A DNA stretch of 64,000 bases, from assembly GCA_964016885.1 (NCBI GenBank), contig OZ024745.1, positions 5,642,001-5,706,000 of the forward strand. The letters run 5' to 3'. This document shows, piece after piece, positions 46,401 through 62,400 of the stretch. This stretch comes from Eledone cirrhosa (lineage: Eukaryota). Below the pieces are notes generated by a model. It saw only the letters and a list, made by a program, of their open reading frames with translations. It was not told where the DNA came from and ran no database searches. A program made the position numbers and the translations under genes. Within the stretch, counting starts at the first letter, position 1. The number at the start of each line of letters is the position of its first letter.

Positions 46401-49070
46401 GACAACATTTGGTCGTTATAAACTATGACAACATTTGGTCGTTATAACCTATGACAACATTTGATCGTTATAAACTATGACAACATACATTTGGTCGTTA
46501 TAAACTATGACAACATTTGGTCAGTATAAACTATGACAACATACGTTTCGTCGTTATAAACTATGGCAACATTTGGTCGTTATAAACTATGACAACTTTT
46601 GGTCGTTATGAACTATGACAACATACATTTGGTCGTTATAAATTATGACAACATTTGGTCGTTATAAACTATGAGAACAAACATTTGGTCGTTATAAACT
46701 ATGACAACATACATTAGGTCGTTATAAACTATCACAACATTTTGTCGTTATAAACTATGACAACATTTGGTCGTTATAAACTATGACAACATACATTTGG
46801 TCGTTATAAACTATGGCAACATTTGGTTGTTATAAACAATCACAACATTTGATCGGTATAAACTATGAGAACATTTGGTCGTTATAAACAATGACAACAT
46901 TTTCGTTATAAACTATGAGAACATTTGGTCGTTATAAACTATGACAACATTTGATCGTTATAAACTATGAGAACATTTGGTCGTTATAAACAATGACAAC
47001 ATTTGATCGTTATAAACTATGACAACATACATTTGGTCGTTATAAACTATGACAACATTTGATCGTTATAAACTATGAGAACATTTGGTCGTTATAAACT
47101 ATGACAACATTTGGTCGTTATAAACTATCACAACATACATTTCGTCGTTATAAACTATGACAACATTTGGTCGTTATAAACTATCACAATATACATTAGG
47201 TCGTTATAAACTATGACAACATTTGGTTGTTATGAACTATGACAACGTACATTTGGTGGTTATAAACTAGGGCAACATTTGGTCGTTATAAACTATGACA
47301 ACATTTGATCGTTATAAACTATGACAACATTTGGTCGTTATAAACTATGACCACATACATTTGGTCGTTATAAACTATAACAACATTTGGTCGTTATAAA
47401 CTATGACAACATTTGGTCGTTATAAACTATGACAACATTTGGTCGTTATAAACTATGACAACATACATTTGGACGTTATAAACTATGACAACATTTGGTC
47501 GTTATGAACTATGACAACATACATTTGGTCGTTATAAACTATGACAACATACATTTGGACGTTATAAACTATGACAACATACATTAGTTCGTTATAAACT
47601 ATGACAACATTTGGTCGTTATAAACTATGACAACATACATTTGTTCGTTATAAACTATGACAACATTTGGTTGTTATAAACTATGACAACATTTGGTCGT
47701 TATAAACTATGACAACATTTGGTCGTTATAAACTATGACAACATACATTTGGTCGTTATAAACTATGACAACATTTGGCCGTTATAAACTATGACAACAT
47801 TTGGTCGTTATAAACTATGACAACTTTTGGTCGTTATAAACTATGACAACATACATTTGGACGTTATAAACTATGACAACATTTGGTCGTTATAAACTAT
47901 GACAACATTTGGTATTTATAAACTATGACAATATACATTTGGTCGTTATAAACTATGACATCATACATTTGGTCGTTATAAACTATGACAACATTTGGTC
48001 GTCATAAACTATGACAACATTTGGTCGTTATAAACTATGACAACATTTGGTCGTTATAAACTATGACAACATACATTTGGTCGTTATAAACAATGACAAC
48101 ATTTGGTCGTTATAAACAATGACAACATTTGATCGGTATAAACTATGAGAACATTTGGTCGTTATAAACTATGACAATAATTGATCGTTATAAACTATGA
48201 GAACATTTGGTTGTTATAAACAATGACAACATTTATCGTTATAAACTATGAGAACATTTGGTCGTTATAAACTATGACAACATTTGATCGTTATAAACTA
48301 TGAGAACATTTGGTCGTTATAAACAATGACAACATTTGATCGTTATAAACTATAAAAACATTTGGTCGTTATAAACTATGACAACATTTGGTCGTTATAA
48401 ACTATGGCACCATTCGGTCGTTATAAACTATGACAACATACATTTGGTCGTTATCAACTATGGCAACATACATTTGGTCGTTATAAACTATGACAACATT
48501 TGGTCGTTATAAAATATGACAACATACATTTGGTCGTTATAATCTATGACAACATACATTTGGTCGTTATAAACTATGACAACATACATTTGGTCGTTAT
48601 AAACTATGGCAACATACATTTGGACGTTATAAACTATGACAACATTTGGTCGTTATAAACTATGACAACATACATTTGGTCGTTATAAACTATGACAACA
48701 TACATTTGGACGTTATAAACTATGACAACATTTGGTCGTTATAAACTATGACAACATACATTTGGTCGTTATAAACTATGGCAACATTTGGTTGTTATAA
48801 ACTATGACAACATACATTTGGCCGTTATAAACAATGACAACATTTGGTCGTTATAAACAATCACAACATTTGATCGGTATAAACTATGAGAACATTTGGT
48901 CGTTATAAACTATGACAACATTTGATCGTTATAAACTATGAGAACATTTGGTCGTTATAAACAATGACAACATTTTCGTTATAAACTATGAGAACATTTG
49001 GTCGTTATAAACTATGACAACATTTGATCGTTATAAACTATGAGAACATTTGGTCGTTATAAACAATGAC
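39850..49070 (+). repeat. Block repeated at 6455-bp offset (about 39850-42600 vs 46300-49070)
   Basis: CTATTACAAC at 39856/46311, TTTGGTCAGT at 40061/46516, GGTATTTATA at 41456/47911 and GGCACCATTC at 41951/48406 are all 6455 apart. Confidence 0.9.
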
Positions 49071-52000
49071 AACATTTGATCGTTATAAACTATGAGAACA
49101 TTTGGTCGTTATAAACTATCACAGCATACATTTCGTCGTTATAAACTATGACAACATTTGGTCGTTATGAACTATGACAATATACATTAGGTCGTTATAA
49201 ACTATGACAACATTTGGCCGTTATAAACTATGACAACATACATTTGGTCGTTATAAACTATGACAACATTTGATCGTTATAAACTATGAGAACATTTGGT
49301 CGTTATAACCTATCACAGCATACATTTCGTCGTTATAAACTATGACAACATTTGGTCGTTATGAACTATGACAATATACATTAGGTCGTTATAAACTATG
49401 ACAACATTTGGCCGTTATAAACTATGACAAAGTACATTTGGTGGTTATAAACTATGGCAACATTTGACCGTTATAAACTATGACAACATTTGGTCGTTAT
49501 AAACTATGACCACATACATTTGGTCGTTATAAACTATAAAAACATTTGGTCGTTATAAACTATGACAACATTTGGTCGTTATAAACTATGGCAACATTCG
49601 GTCGTTATAAACTATGACAACATACATTTGGTCGTTATAAACTATGACAACATACATTTGGTCGTTATAAACTACATACAACATACATTTGGTCGTTATA
49701 AACTATGACAATATACATTTGGTCGTTATAAACTATGACAACATTTGGTCGTTATAAACTATGACAACATACATTTGGTCGTTATAAACTATGACAACAT
49801 ACATTTGGTCGTTATAAACTATGACAACATACATTTGGTCGTTATAAACTATGACAACATTTGGTCGTTATAAACTATGACAACATACATTTGGTCGTTA
49901 TAAACTATGACAACATACATTTGGTCGTTATAAACTATGACAACATACACTTGGTCGTTATAAACTATGGCAACATACATTTGGTCGTTATAAACTATGA
50001 CAACATACATTTGGTCGTTATAAACTATGACAACTTTTGGTCGTTATAAACTATGACAACATACATTTGGACGTTATAAACTATGACAACATTTGGTCGT
50101 TATAAACTATGACAACATTTGGTATTTATAAACTATGACAATATACATTTGGTCGTTATAAACTATGACAACATACATTTGGTCGTTATAAACTATGACA
50201 ACATTTGGTCGTCATAAACTATGACAACATTTGGTCGTTATAAACTATGACAACATTTGGTCGTTATAAACTATGACAACATACATTTGGTCGTTATAAA
50301 CAATGACAACATTTGGTCGTTATAAACAATGACAACATTTGATCGGTATAAACTATGAGAACATTTGGTCGTTATAAACTATGACAATAATTGATCGTTA
50401 TAAACTATGAGAACATTTGGTTGTTATAAACAATGACAACATTTATCGTTATAAACTATGAGAACATTTGGTCGTTATAAACTATGACAACATACATTTG
50501 GCCGTTATAAACAATGACAACATTTGATCGGTATAAACTATGAGAACATTTGGTCGTTATAAACTATGACAACATTTGATCGTTATAAACTATGAGAACA
50601 TTTGGTCGTTATAAACAATGACAACATTTGATCGTTATAAACTATGAGAACATTTGGTCGTTATAAACTATCACAGCATACATTTCGTCGTTATAAACTA
50701 TGACAACATTTGGTCGTTATGAACTATGACAATATACATTAGGTCGTTATAAACTATGACAACATTTGGCCGTTATAAACTATGACAAAGTACATTTGGT
50801 GGTTATAAACTATGGCAACATTTGACCGTTATAAACTATGACAACATTTGGTCGTTATAAACTATGACCACATACATTTGGTCGTTATAAACTATAAAAA
50901 CATTTGGTCGTTATAAACTATGACAACATTTGGTCGTTATAAACTATGGCAACATTCGGTCGTTATAAACTATGACAACATACATTTGGTCGTTATAAAC
51001 TATGACAACATACATTTGGTCGTTATAAACTACATACAACATACATTTGGTCGTTATAAACTATGACAATATACATTTGGTCGTTATAAACTATGACAAC
51101 ATTTGGTCGTTATAAACTATGAAAACATACATTTGGTCGTTATAAACTATGACAACATACATTTGGTCGTTATAAACTATGACAACATACATTTGGTCGT
51201 TATAAACTATGACAACATTTGGTCGTTATAAACTATGACAACATACATTTGGTCGTTATAAACTATGACAACATACATTTGGTCGTTATAAACTATGACA
51301 ACATACACTTGGTCGTTATAAACTATGGCAACATACATTTGGTCGTTATAAACTATGACAACATACATTTGGTCGTTATAAACTATGACAATATACATTT
51401 GGTCGTTATAAACTATGACAACATTTGGTCGTTATAAACTATGACAACATACATTTGGTCGTTATAAACTATGACAACATACATTTGGTCGTTATAAACT
51501 ATGACAACATACATTTGGTCGTTATAAACTATGACAACATTTGGTCGTTATAAACTATGACAACATACATTTGGTCGTTATAAACTATGACAACATACAT
51601 TTGGTCGTTATAAACTATGACAACATACACTTGGTCGTTATAAACTATGGCAACATACATTTGGTCGTTATAAACTATGACAACATACATTTGGTCGTTA
51701 TAAACTATGACAACTTTTGGTCGTTATAAACTATGACAACATACATTTGGACGTTATAAACTATGACAACATTTGGTCGTTATAAACTATGACAACATTT
51801 GGTATTTATAAACTATGACAATATACATTTGGTCGTTATAAACTATGACAACATACATTTGGTCGTTATAAACTATGACAACATTTGGTCGTCATAAACT
51901 ATGACAACATTTGGTCGTTATAAACTATGACAACATTTGGTCGTTATAAACTATGACAACATACATTTGGTCGTTATAAACAATGACAACATTTGGTCGT

Positions 52001-55000
52001 TATAAACAATGACAACATACATTTGGCCGTTATAAACAATGACAACATTTGATCGGTATAAACTATGAGAACATTTGGTCGTTATAAACAATGACAACAT
52101 TTGATCGTTATAAACTATGACAACATACATTTGGTCGTTATAAACTATGACAACATTTGATCGTTATAAACTATGAGAACATTTGGTCGTTATAAACTAT
52201 CACAGCATACATTTCGTCGTTATAAACTATGACAACATTTGGTCGTTATGAACTATGACAACGTACATTTGGTGGTTATAAACTAGGGCAACATTTGGTC
52301 GTTATAAACTATGATAACATTTGATCGTTATAAACTATGACAACATTTGGTCGTTATAAACTATGACCACATACATTTGGTCGTTATAAACTATGACAAC
52401 ATTTGATCGTTATAAACTATGACAACATACATTTGGTCGTTATAAACTATGACAACATTTGATCGTTATAAACTATGAGAACATTTGGTCGTTATAAACT
52501 ATCACAGCATACATTTCGTCGTTATAAACTATGACAACATTTGGTCGTTATGAACTATGACAATATACATTAGGTCGTTATAAACTATGACAACATTTGG
52601 CCGTTATAAACTATGACAAAGTACATTTGGTGGTTATAACCTATGGCAACATTTGACCGTTATAAACTATGACAACATTTGGTCGTTATAAACTATGACC
52701 ACATACATTTGGTCGTTATAAACTATAAAAACATTTGGTCGTTATAAACTATGACAACATTTGGTCGTTATAAACTATGGCAACATTCGGTCGTTATAAA
52801 CTATGACAACATACATTTGGTCGTTATAAACTATGACAACATACATTTGGTCGTTATAAACTACATACAACATACATTTGGTCGTTATAAACTATGACAA
52901 TATACATTTGGTCGTTATAAACTATGACAACATTTGGTCGTTATAAACTATGACAACATACATTTGGTCGTTATAAACTATGACAACATACATTTGGTCG
53001 TTATAAACTATGACAACATTTGGTCGTTATAAACTATGACAACATACATTTGGTCGTTATAAACTATGACAACATACATTTGGTCGTTATAAACTATGAC
53101 AACATTTGGTCGTTATAAACTATGACAACATTTGGTCGTTATAACCTATGACAACATTTGATCGTTATAAACTATGACAACATACATTTGGTCGTTATAA
53201 ACTATGACAACATTTGGTCAGTATAAACTATGACAACATACGTTTCGTCGTTATAAACTATGGCAACATTTGGTCGTTATAAACTATGACAACTTTTGGT
53301 CGTTATGAACTATGACAACATACATTTGGTCGTTATAAATTATGACAACATTTGGTCGTTATAAACTATGAGAACAAACATTTGGTCGTTATAAACTATG
53401 ACAACATACATTAGGTCGTTATAAACTATCACAACATTTTGTCGTTATAAACTATGACAACATTTGGTCGTTATAAACTATGACAACATACATTTGGTCG
53501 TTATAAACTATGGCAACATTTGGTTGTTATAAACAATCACAACATTTGATCGGTATAAACTATGAGAACATTTGGTCGTTATAAACAATGACAACATTTT
53601 CGTTATAAACTATGAGAACATTTGGTCGTTATAAACTATGACAACATTTGATCGTTATAAACTATGAGAACATTTGGTCGTTATAAACAATGACAACATT
53701 TGATCGTTATAAACTATGACAACATACATTTGGTCGTTATAAACTATGACAACATTTGATCGTTATAAACTATGAGAACATTTGGTCGTTATAAACTATG
53801 ACAACATTTGGTCGTTATAAACTATCACAACATACATTTCGTCGTTATAAACTATGACAACATTTGGTCGTTATAAACTATCACAATATACATTAGGTCG
53901 TTATAAACTATGACAACATTTGGTTGTTATGAACTATGACAACGTACATTTGGTGGTTATAAACTAGGGCAACATTTGGTCGTTATAAACTATGACAACA
54001 TTTGATCGTTATAAAGTATGACAACATTTGGTCGTTATAAACTATGACCACATACATTTGGTCGTTATAAACTATAACAACATTTGGTCGTTATAAACTA
54101 TGACAACATTTGGTCGTTATAAACTATGACAACATTTGGTCGTTATAAACTATGACAACATACATTTGGACGTTATAAACTATGACAACATTTGGTCGTT
54201 ATGAACTATGACAACATACATTTGGTCGTTATAAACTATGACAACATACATTTGGACGTTATAAACTATGACAACATACATTAGTTCGTTATAAACTATG
54301 ACAACATTTGGTCGTTATAAACTATGACAACATACATTTGTTCGTTATAAACTATGACAACATTTGGTTGTTATAAACTATGACAACATTTGGTCGTTAT
54401 AAACTATGACAACATTTGGTCGTTATAAACTATGACAACATACATTTGGTCGTTATAAACTATGACAACATTTGGCCGTTATAAACTATGACAACATTTG
54501 GTCGTTATAAACTATGACAACTTTTGGTCGTTATAAACTATGACAACATACATTTGGACGTTATAAACTATGACAACATTTGGTCGTTATAAACTATGAC
54601 AACATTTGGTATTTATAAACTATGACAATATACATTTGGTCGTTATAAACTATGACATCATACATTTGGTCGTTATAAACTATGACAACATTTGGTCGTC
54701 ATAAACTATGACAACATTTGGTCGTTATAAACTATGACAACATTTGGTCGTTATAAACTATGACAACATACATTTGGTCGTTATAAACAATGACAACATT
54801 TGGTCGTTATAAACAATGACAACATTTGATCGGTATAAACTATGAGAACATTTGGTCGTTATAAACTATGACAATAATTGATCGTTATAAACTATGAGAA
54901 CATTTGGTTGTTATAAACAATGACAACATTTATCGTTATAAACTATGAGAACATTTGGTCGTTATAAACTATGACAACATTTGATCGTTATAAACTATGA

Positions 55001-58000
55001 GAACATTTGGTCGTTATAAACAATGACAACATTTGATCGTTATAAACTATAAAAACATTTGGTCGTTATAAACTATGACAATATTTGGTCGTTATAAACT
55101 ATGGCACCATTCGGTCGTTATAAACTATGACAACATACATTTGGTCGTTATAAACTATGGCAACATACATTTGGTCGTTATAAACTATGACAACATTTGG
55201 TCGTTATAAAATATGACAACATACATTTGGTCGTTATAATCTATGACAACATACATTTGGTCGTTATAAACTATGACAACATACATTTGGTCGTTATAAA
55301 CTATGGCAACATACATTTGGTCGTTATAAACTATGACAACATTTGGCCGTTATAAACTATGACAACATACATTTGGTCGTTATAAACTATGACAACATAC
55401 ATTTGGTCGTTATAAACTATGACAACATACATTTGGACGTTATAAACTATGACAACATTTGGTCGTTATAAACTATGACAACATACATTTGGTCGTTATA
55501 AACTATGGCAACATTTGGTTGTTATAAACTATGACAACATACATTTGGCCGTTATAAACAATGACAACATTTGGTCGTTATAAACAATCACAACATTTGA
55601 TCGGTATAAACTATGAGAACATTTGGTCGTTATAAACTATGACAACATTTGATCGTTATAAACTATGAGAACATTTGGTCGTTATAAACAATGACAACAT
55701 TTTCGTTATAAACTATGAGAACATTTGGTCGTTATAAACTATGACAACATTTGATCGTTATAAACTATGAGAACATTTGGTCGTTATAAACAATGACAAC
55801 ATTTGATCGTTATAAACTATGACAACATACATTTGGTCGTTATAAACTATGACAACATTTGATCGTTATAAACTATGAGAACATTTGGTCGTTATAAACT
55901 ATGACAACATTTGGTCGTTATAAACTATCACAGCATACATTTCGTCGTTATAAACTATGACAACATTTGGTCGTTATGAACTATGACAACGTACATTTGG
56001 TGGTTATAAACTAGGGCAACATTTGGTCGTTATAAACTATGACAACATTTGATCGTTATAAACTATGACAACATTTGGTCGTTATAAACTATGACCACAT
56101 ACATTTGGTCGTTATAAACTATGACAACATTTGGTCGTTATAAACTATGACAACATTTGGTCGTTATAAACTATGACAACTTTTGGTCGTTATGAACTAT
56201 GACAACATACATTTGGTCGTTATAAATTATGACAACATTTGGTCGTTATAAACTATGAGAACAAACATTTGGTCGTTATAAACTATGACAACTTTTGGTC
56301 GTTATGAACTATGACAACATACATTTGGTCGTTATAAATTATGACAACATTTGGTCGTTATAAACTATGAGAACAAACATTTGGTCGTTATAAACTATGA
56401 CAACATACATTAGGTCGTTATAAACTATCACAACATTTTGTCGTTATAAACTATGACAACATTTGGTCGTTATAAACTATGACAACATACATTTGGTCGT
56501 TATAAACTATGGCAACATTTGGTTGTTATAAACTATGACAACATACATTTGGCCGTTATAAACAATGACAACATTTGGTCGTTATAAACAATCACAACAT
56601 TTGATCGGTATAAACTATGAGAACATTTGGTCGTTATAAACAATGACAACATTTTCGTTATAAACTATGAGAACATTTGGTCGTTATAAACTATGACAAC
56701 ATTTGATCGTTATAAACTATGAGAACATTTGGTCGTTATAAACAATGACAACATTTGATCGTTATAAACTATGACAACATACATTTGGTCGTTATAAACT
56801 ATGACAACATTTGATCGTTATAAACTATGAGAACATTTGCTCGTTATAAACTATGACAACATTTGGTCGTTATAAACTATCACAACATACATTTCGTCGT
56901 TATAAACTATGACAACATTTGGTCGTTATAAACTATCACAATATACATTAGGTCGTTATAAACTATGACAACATTTGGTTGTTATGAACTATGACAACGT
57001 ACATTTGGTGGTTATAAACTAGGGCAACATTTGGTCGTTATAAACTATGACAACATTTGATCGTTATAAACTATGACAACATTTGGTCGTTATAAACTAT
57101 GACCACATACATTTGGTCGTTATAAACTATAACAACATTTGGTCGTTATAAACTATGACAACATTTGGTCGTTATAAACTATGACAACATTTGGTCGTTA
57201 TAAACTATGACAACATACATTTGGACGTTATAAACTATGACAACATTTGGTCGTTATGAACTATGACAACATACATTTGGTCGTTATAAACTATGACAAC
57301 ATACATTTGGACGTTATAAACTATGACAACATACATTAGTTCGTTATAAACTATGACAACATTTGGTCGTTATAAACTATGACAACATACATTTGTTCGT
57401 TATAAACTATGACATCATTTGGTTGTTATAAACTATGACAACATTTGGTCGTTATAAACTATGACAACATTTGGTCGTTATAAACTATGACAACATACAT
57501 TTGGTCGTTATAAACTATGACAACATTTGGCCGTTATAAACTATGACAACATTTGGTCGTTATAAACTATGACAACTTTTGGTCGTTATAAACTATGACA
57601 ACATACATTTGGACGTTATAAACTATGACAACATTTGGTCGTTATAAACTATGACAACATTTGGTATTTATAAACTATGACAATATACATTTGGTCGTTA
57701 TAAACTATGACAACATACATTTGGTCGTTATAAACTATGACAACATTTGGTCGTCATAAACTATGACAACATTTGGTCGTTATAAACTATGACAACATTT
57801 GGTCGTTATAAACTATGACAACATACATTTGGTCGTTATAAACAATGACAACATTTGGTCGTTATAAACAATGACAACATTTGATCGGTATAAACTATGA
57901 GAACATTTGGTCGTTATAAACTATGACAATAATTGATCGTTATAAACTATGAGAACATTTGGTTGTTATAAACAATGACAACATTTATCGTTATAAACTA

Positions 58001-59400
58001 TGAGAACATTTGGTCGTTATAAACTATGACAACATACATTTGGCCGTTATAAACAATGACAACATTTGATCGGTATAAACTATGAGAACATTTGGTCGTT
58101 ATAAACTATGACAACATTTGATCGTTATAAACTATGAGAACATTTGGTCGTTATAAACAATGACAACATTTGATCGTTATAAACTATGAGAACATTTGGT
58201 CGTTATAAACAATGACAACATTTTCGTTATAAACTATGAGAACATTTGGTCGTTATAAACTATGACAACATTTGATCGTTATAAACTATGAGAACATTTG
58301 GTCGTTATAAACAATGACAACATTTGATCGTTATAAACTATGACAACATACATTTGGTCGTTATAAACTATGACAACATTTGATCGTTATAAACTATGAG
58401 AACATTTGGTCGTTATAAACTATCACAGCATACATTTCGTCGTTATAAACTATGACAACATTTGGTCGTTATGAACTATGACAACGTACATTTGGTGGTT
58501 ATAAACTAGGGCAACATTTGGTCGTTATAAACTATGATAACATTTGATCGTTATAAACTATGACAACATTTGGTCGTTATAAACTATGACCACATACATT
58601 TGGTCGTTATAAACTATGACAACATTTGATCGTTATAAACTATGACAACATACATTTGGTCGTTATAAACTATGACAACATTTGATCGTTATAAACTATG
58701 AGAACATTTGGTCGTTATAAACTATCACAGCATACATTTCGTCGTTATAAACTATGACAACATTTGGTCGTTATGAACTATGACAATATACATTAGGTCG
58801 TTATAAACTATGACAACATTTGGCCGTTATAAACTATGACAAAGTACATTTGGTGGTTATAAACTATGGCAACATTTGACCGTTATAAACTATGACAACA
58901 TTTGGTCGTTATAAACTATGACCACATACATTTGGTCGTTATAAACTATAAAAACATTTGGTCGTTATAAACTATGACAACATTTGGTCGTTATAACCTA
59001 TGGCAACATTCGGTCGTTATAAACTATGACAACATACATTTGGTCGTTATAAACTATGACAACATACATTTGGTCGTTATAAACTACATACAACATACAT
59101 TTGGTCGTTATAAACTATGACAATATACATTTGGTCGTTATAAACTATGACAACATTTGGTCGTTATAAACTATGACAACATACATTTGGTTGTTATAAA
59201 CTATGACAACATACATTTGGTCGTTATAAACTATGACAACATACATTTGGTCGTTATAAACTATGACAACATTTGGTCGTTATAAACTATGACAACATAC
59301 ATTTGGTCGTTATAAACTATGACAACATACATTTGGTCGTTATAAACTATGACAACATACACTTGGTCGTTATAAACTATGGCAACATACATTTGGTCGT
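39900..59400 (+). repeat. ~6.3-kb block repeated at 13,152-bp offset (about 39900-46250 vs 53050-59400)
   Basis: TTTGGTCAGT at 40061/53213, GGTATTTATA at 41456/54608 and 44511/57663, GGCACCATTC at 41951/55103, GACATCATTT at 44259/57411 and ACTACATACA at 45931/59083 are all 13152 apart. Confidence 0.92.
49050..53050 (+). repeat. Zone of truncated and re-joined HOR fragments (offsets 1358, 1680, 322, 1831)
   Basis: ACTACATACA occurs at 49671/51029/52860 and GGTATTTATA at 50121/51801. Repeat ORF starts fall at 49861/51219/51541. Confidence 0.8.
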
Positions 59401-62400
59401 TATAAACTATGACAACATTTGGCCGTTATAAACTATGACAACATACATTTGGTCGTTATAAACTATGACAACATACATTTGGACGTTATAAACTATGACA
59501 ACATTTGGTCGTTATAAACTATGACAACATACATTTGGTCGTTATAAACTATGACAACATACATTTGGACGTTATAAACTATGACAACATACATTAGTTC
59601 GTTATAAACTATGACAACATTTGGTCGTTATAAACTATGACAACATACATTTGTTCGTTATAAACTATGACAACATTTGTTCTTTATAAACTATGACAAC
59701 ATTTGGTCGTTATAAACTATGACAACATTTGGTCGTTATAAACTATGACAACATACATTTGGTCGTTATAAACTATGACAACATTTGGCCGTTATAAACT
59801 ATGACAACATTTGGTCGTTATAAACTATTACAACTTTTGGTCGTTATAAACTATGACAACATACATTTGGTCGTTATAAACTATGACAACATACATTTGG
59901 TCGTTATAAACTATGACAACATTTGGTCGTTATAAACTATGACAACATTTGGTCGTTATAACCTATGACAACATTTGATCGTTATAAACTATGACAACAT
60001 ACATTTGGTCGTTATAAACTATGACAACATTTGGTCAGTATAAACTATGACAACATACGTTTCGTCGTTATAAACTATGGCAACATTTGGTCGTTATAAA
60101 CTATGACAACTTTTGGTCGTTATGAACTATGACAACATACATTTGGTCGTTATAAATTATGACAACATTTGGTCGTTATAAACTATGAGAACAAACATTT
60201 GGTCGTTATAAACTATGACAACATACATTAGGTCGTTATAAACTATTACAACATTTTGTCGTTATAAACTATGACAACATTTGGTCGTTATAAACTATGA
60301 CAACATACATTTGGTCGTTATAAACTATGGCAACATTTGGTTGTTATAAACTATGACAACATACATTTGGCCGTTATAAACAATGACAACATTTGGTCGT
60401 TATAAACAATCACAACATTTGATCGGTATAAACTATGAGAACATTTGGTCGTTATAAACAATGACAACATTTTCGTTATAAACTATGAGAACATACATTT
60501 GGTCGTTATAAACTGTGACAACATTTGATCGGTATAAACTATGAGAACATTTGGTCGTTATAAACAATGACAACATTTTCGTTATAAACTATGAGAACAT
60601 ACATTTGGTCGTTATAAACTATGACAACATTTGATCGTTATAAACTATGAGAACATTTGGTCGTTATAAACAATGACAACATTTGATCGTTATAAACTAT
60701 GACAACATACATTTGGTCGTTATAAACTATGACAACATTTGATCGTTATAAACTATGAGAACATTTGGTCGTTATAAACTATGACAACATTTGGTCGTTA
60801 TAAACAATCACAACATACATTTCGTCGTTATAAACTATGACAACATTTGGTCGTTATAAACTATCACAATATACATTAGGTCGTTATAAACTATGACAAC
60901 ATTTGGTTGTTATGAACTATGACAACGTACATTTGGTGGTTATAAACTAGGGCAACATTTGGTCGTTATAAACTATGACAACATTTGATCGTTATAAACT
61001 ATGACAACATTTGGTCGTTATAAACTATGACCACATACATTTGGTCGTTATAAACTATAACAACATTTGGTCGTTATAAACTATGACAACATTTGGTCGT
61101 TATAAACTATGACAACATTTGGTCGTTATAAACTATGACAACATACATTTGGACGTTATAAACTATGACAACATTTGGTTGTTATGAACTATGACAACAT
61201 ACATTTGGTCGTTATAAACTATGACAACATACATTTGGACGTTATAAACTATGACAACATACATTAGTTCGTTATAAACTATGACAACATTTGGTCGTTA
61301 TAAACTATGACAACATACATTTGTTCGTTATAAACTATGACAACATTTGGTTGTTATAAACTATGACAACATTTGGTCGTTATAAACTATGACAACATTT
61401 GGTCGTTATAAACTATGACAACATACATTTGGTCGTTATAAACTATGACAACATTTGGCCGTTATAAACTATGACAACATTTGGTCGTTATAAACTATGA
61501 CAACTTTTGGTCGTTATAAACTATGACAACATACATTTGGACGTTATAAACTATGACAACATTTGGTCGTTATAAACTATGACAACATTTGGTATTTATA
61601 AACTATGACAATATACATTTGGTCGTTATAAACTATGACAACATACATTTGGTCGTTATAAACTATGACAACTTTTGGTCGTCATAAACTATGACAACAT
61701 TTGGTCGTTATAAACTATGACAACATTTGGTCGTTATAAACTATGACAACATACATTTGGTCGTTATAAACAATGACAACATTTGGTCGTTATAAACAAT
61801 GACAACATTTGATCGGTATAAACTATGAGAACATTTGGTCGTTATAAACTATGACAATAATTGATCGTTATAAACTATGAGAACATTTGGTTGTTATAAA
61901 CAATGACAACATTTATCGTTATAAACTATGAGAACATTTGGTCGTTATAAACTATGACAACATTTGATCGTTATAAACTATGAGAACATTTGGTCGTTAT
62001 AAACAATGACAACATTTGATCGTTATAAACTATAAAAACATTTGGTCGTTATAAACTATGACAACATTTGGTCGTTATAAACTATGGCACCATTCGGTCG
62101 TTATAAACTATGACAACATACATTTGGTCGTTATAAACTATGGCAACATACATTTGGTCGTTATAAACTATGACAACATTTGGTCGTTATAAAATATGAC
62201 AACATACATTTGGTCGTTATAATCTATGACAACATACATTTGGTCGTTATAAACTATGACAACATACATTTGGTCGTTATAAACTATGGCAACATACATT
62301 TGGTCGTTATAAACTATGACAACATTTGGCCGTTATAAACTATGACAACATACATTTGGTCGTTATAAACTATGACAACATACATTTGGTCGTTATAATC

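Noticed and set aside
1605-51729. All 23 ORFs in the track (VVINYDNIHL, MYVVIVYNDQ and MTTFGRYKLWQHS repeats, 62-84 aa)
   Set aside because: They arise wherever several 30-bp monomers are adjacent, because 30 is divisible by 3 and one frame per strand lacks stops. They end at the next 26-mer, overlap on both strands and have no unique sequence. There is no evidence of coding function.
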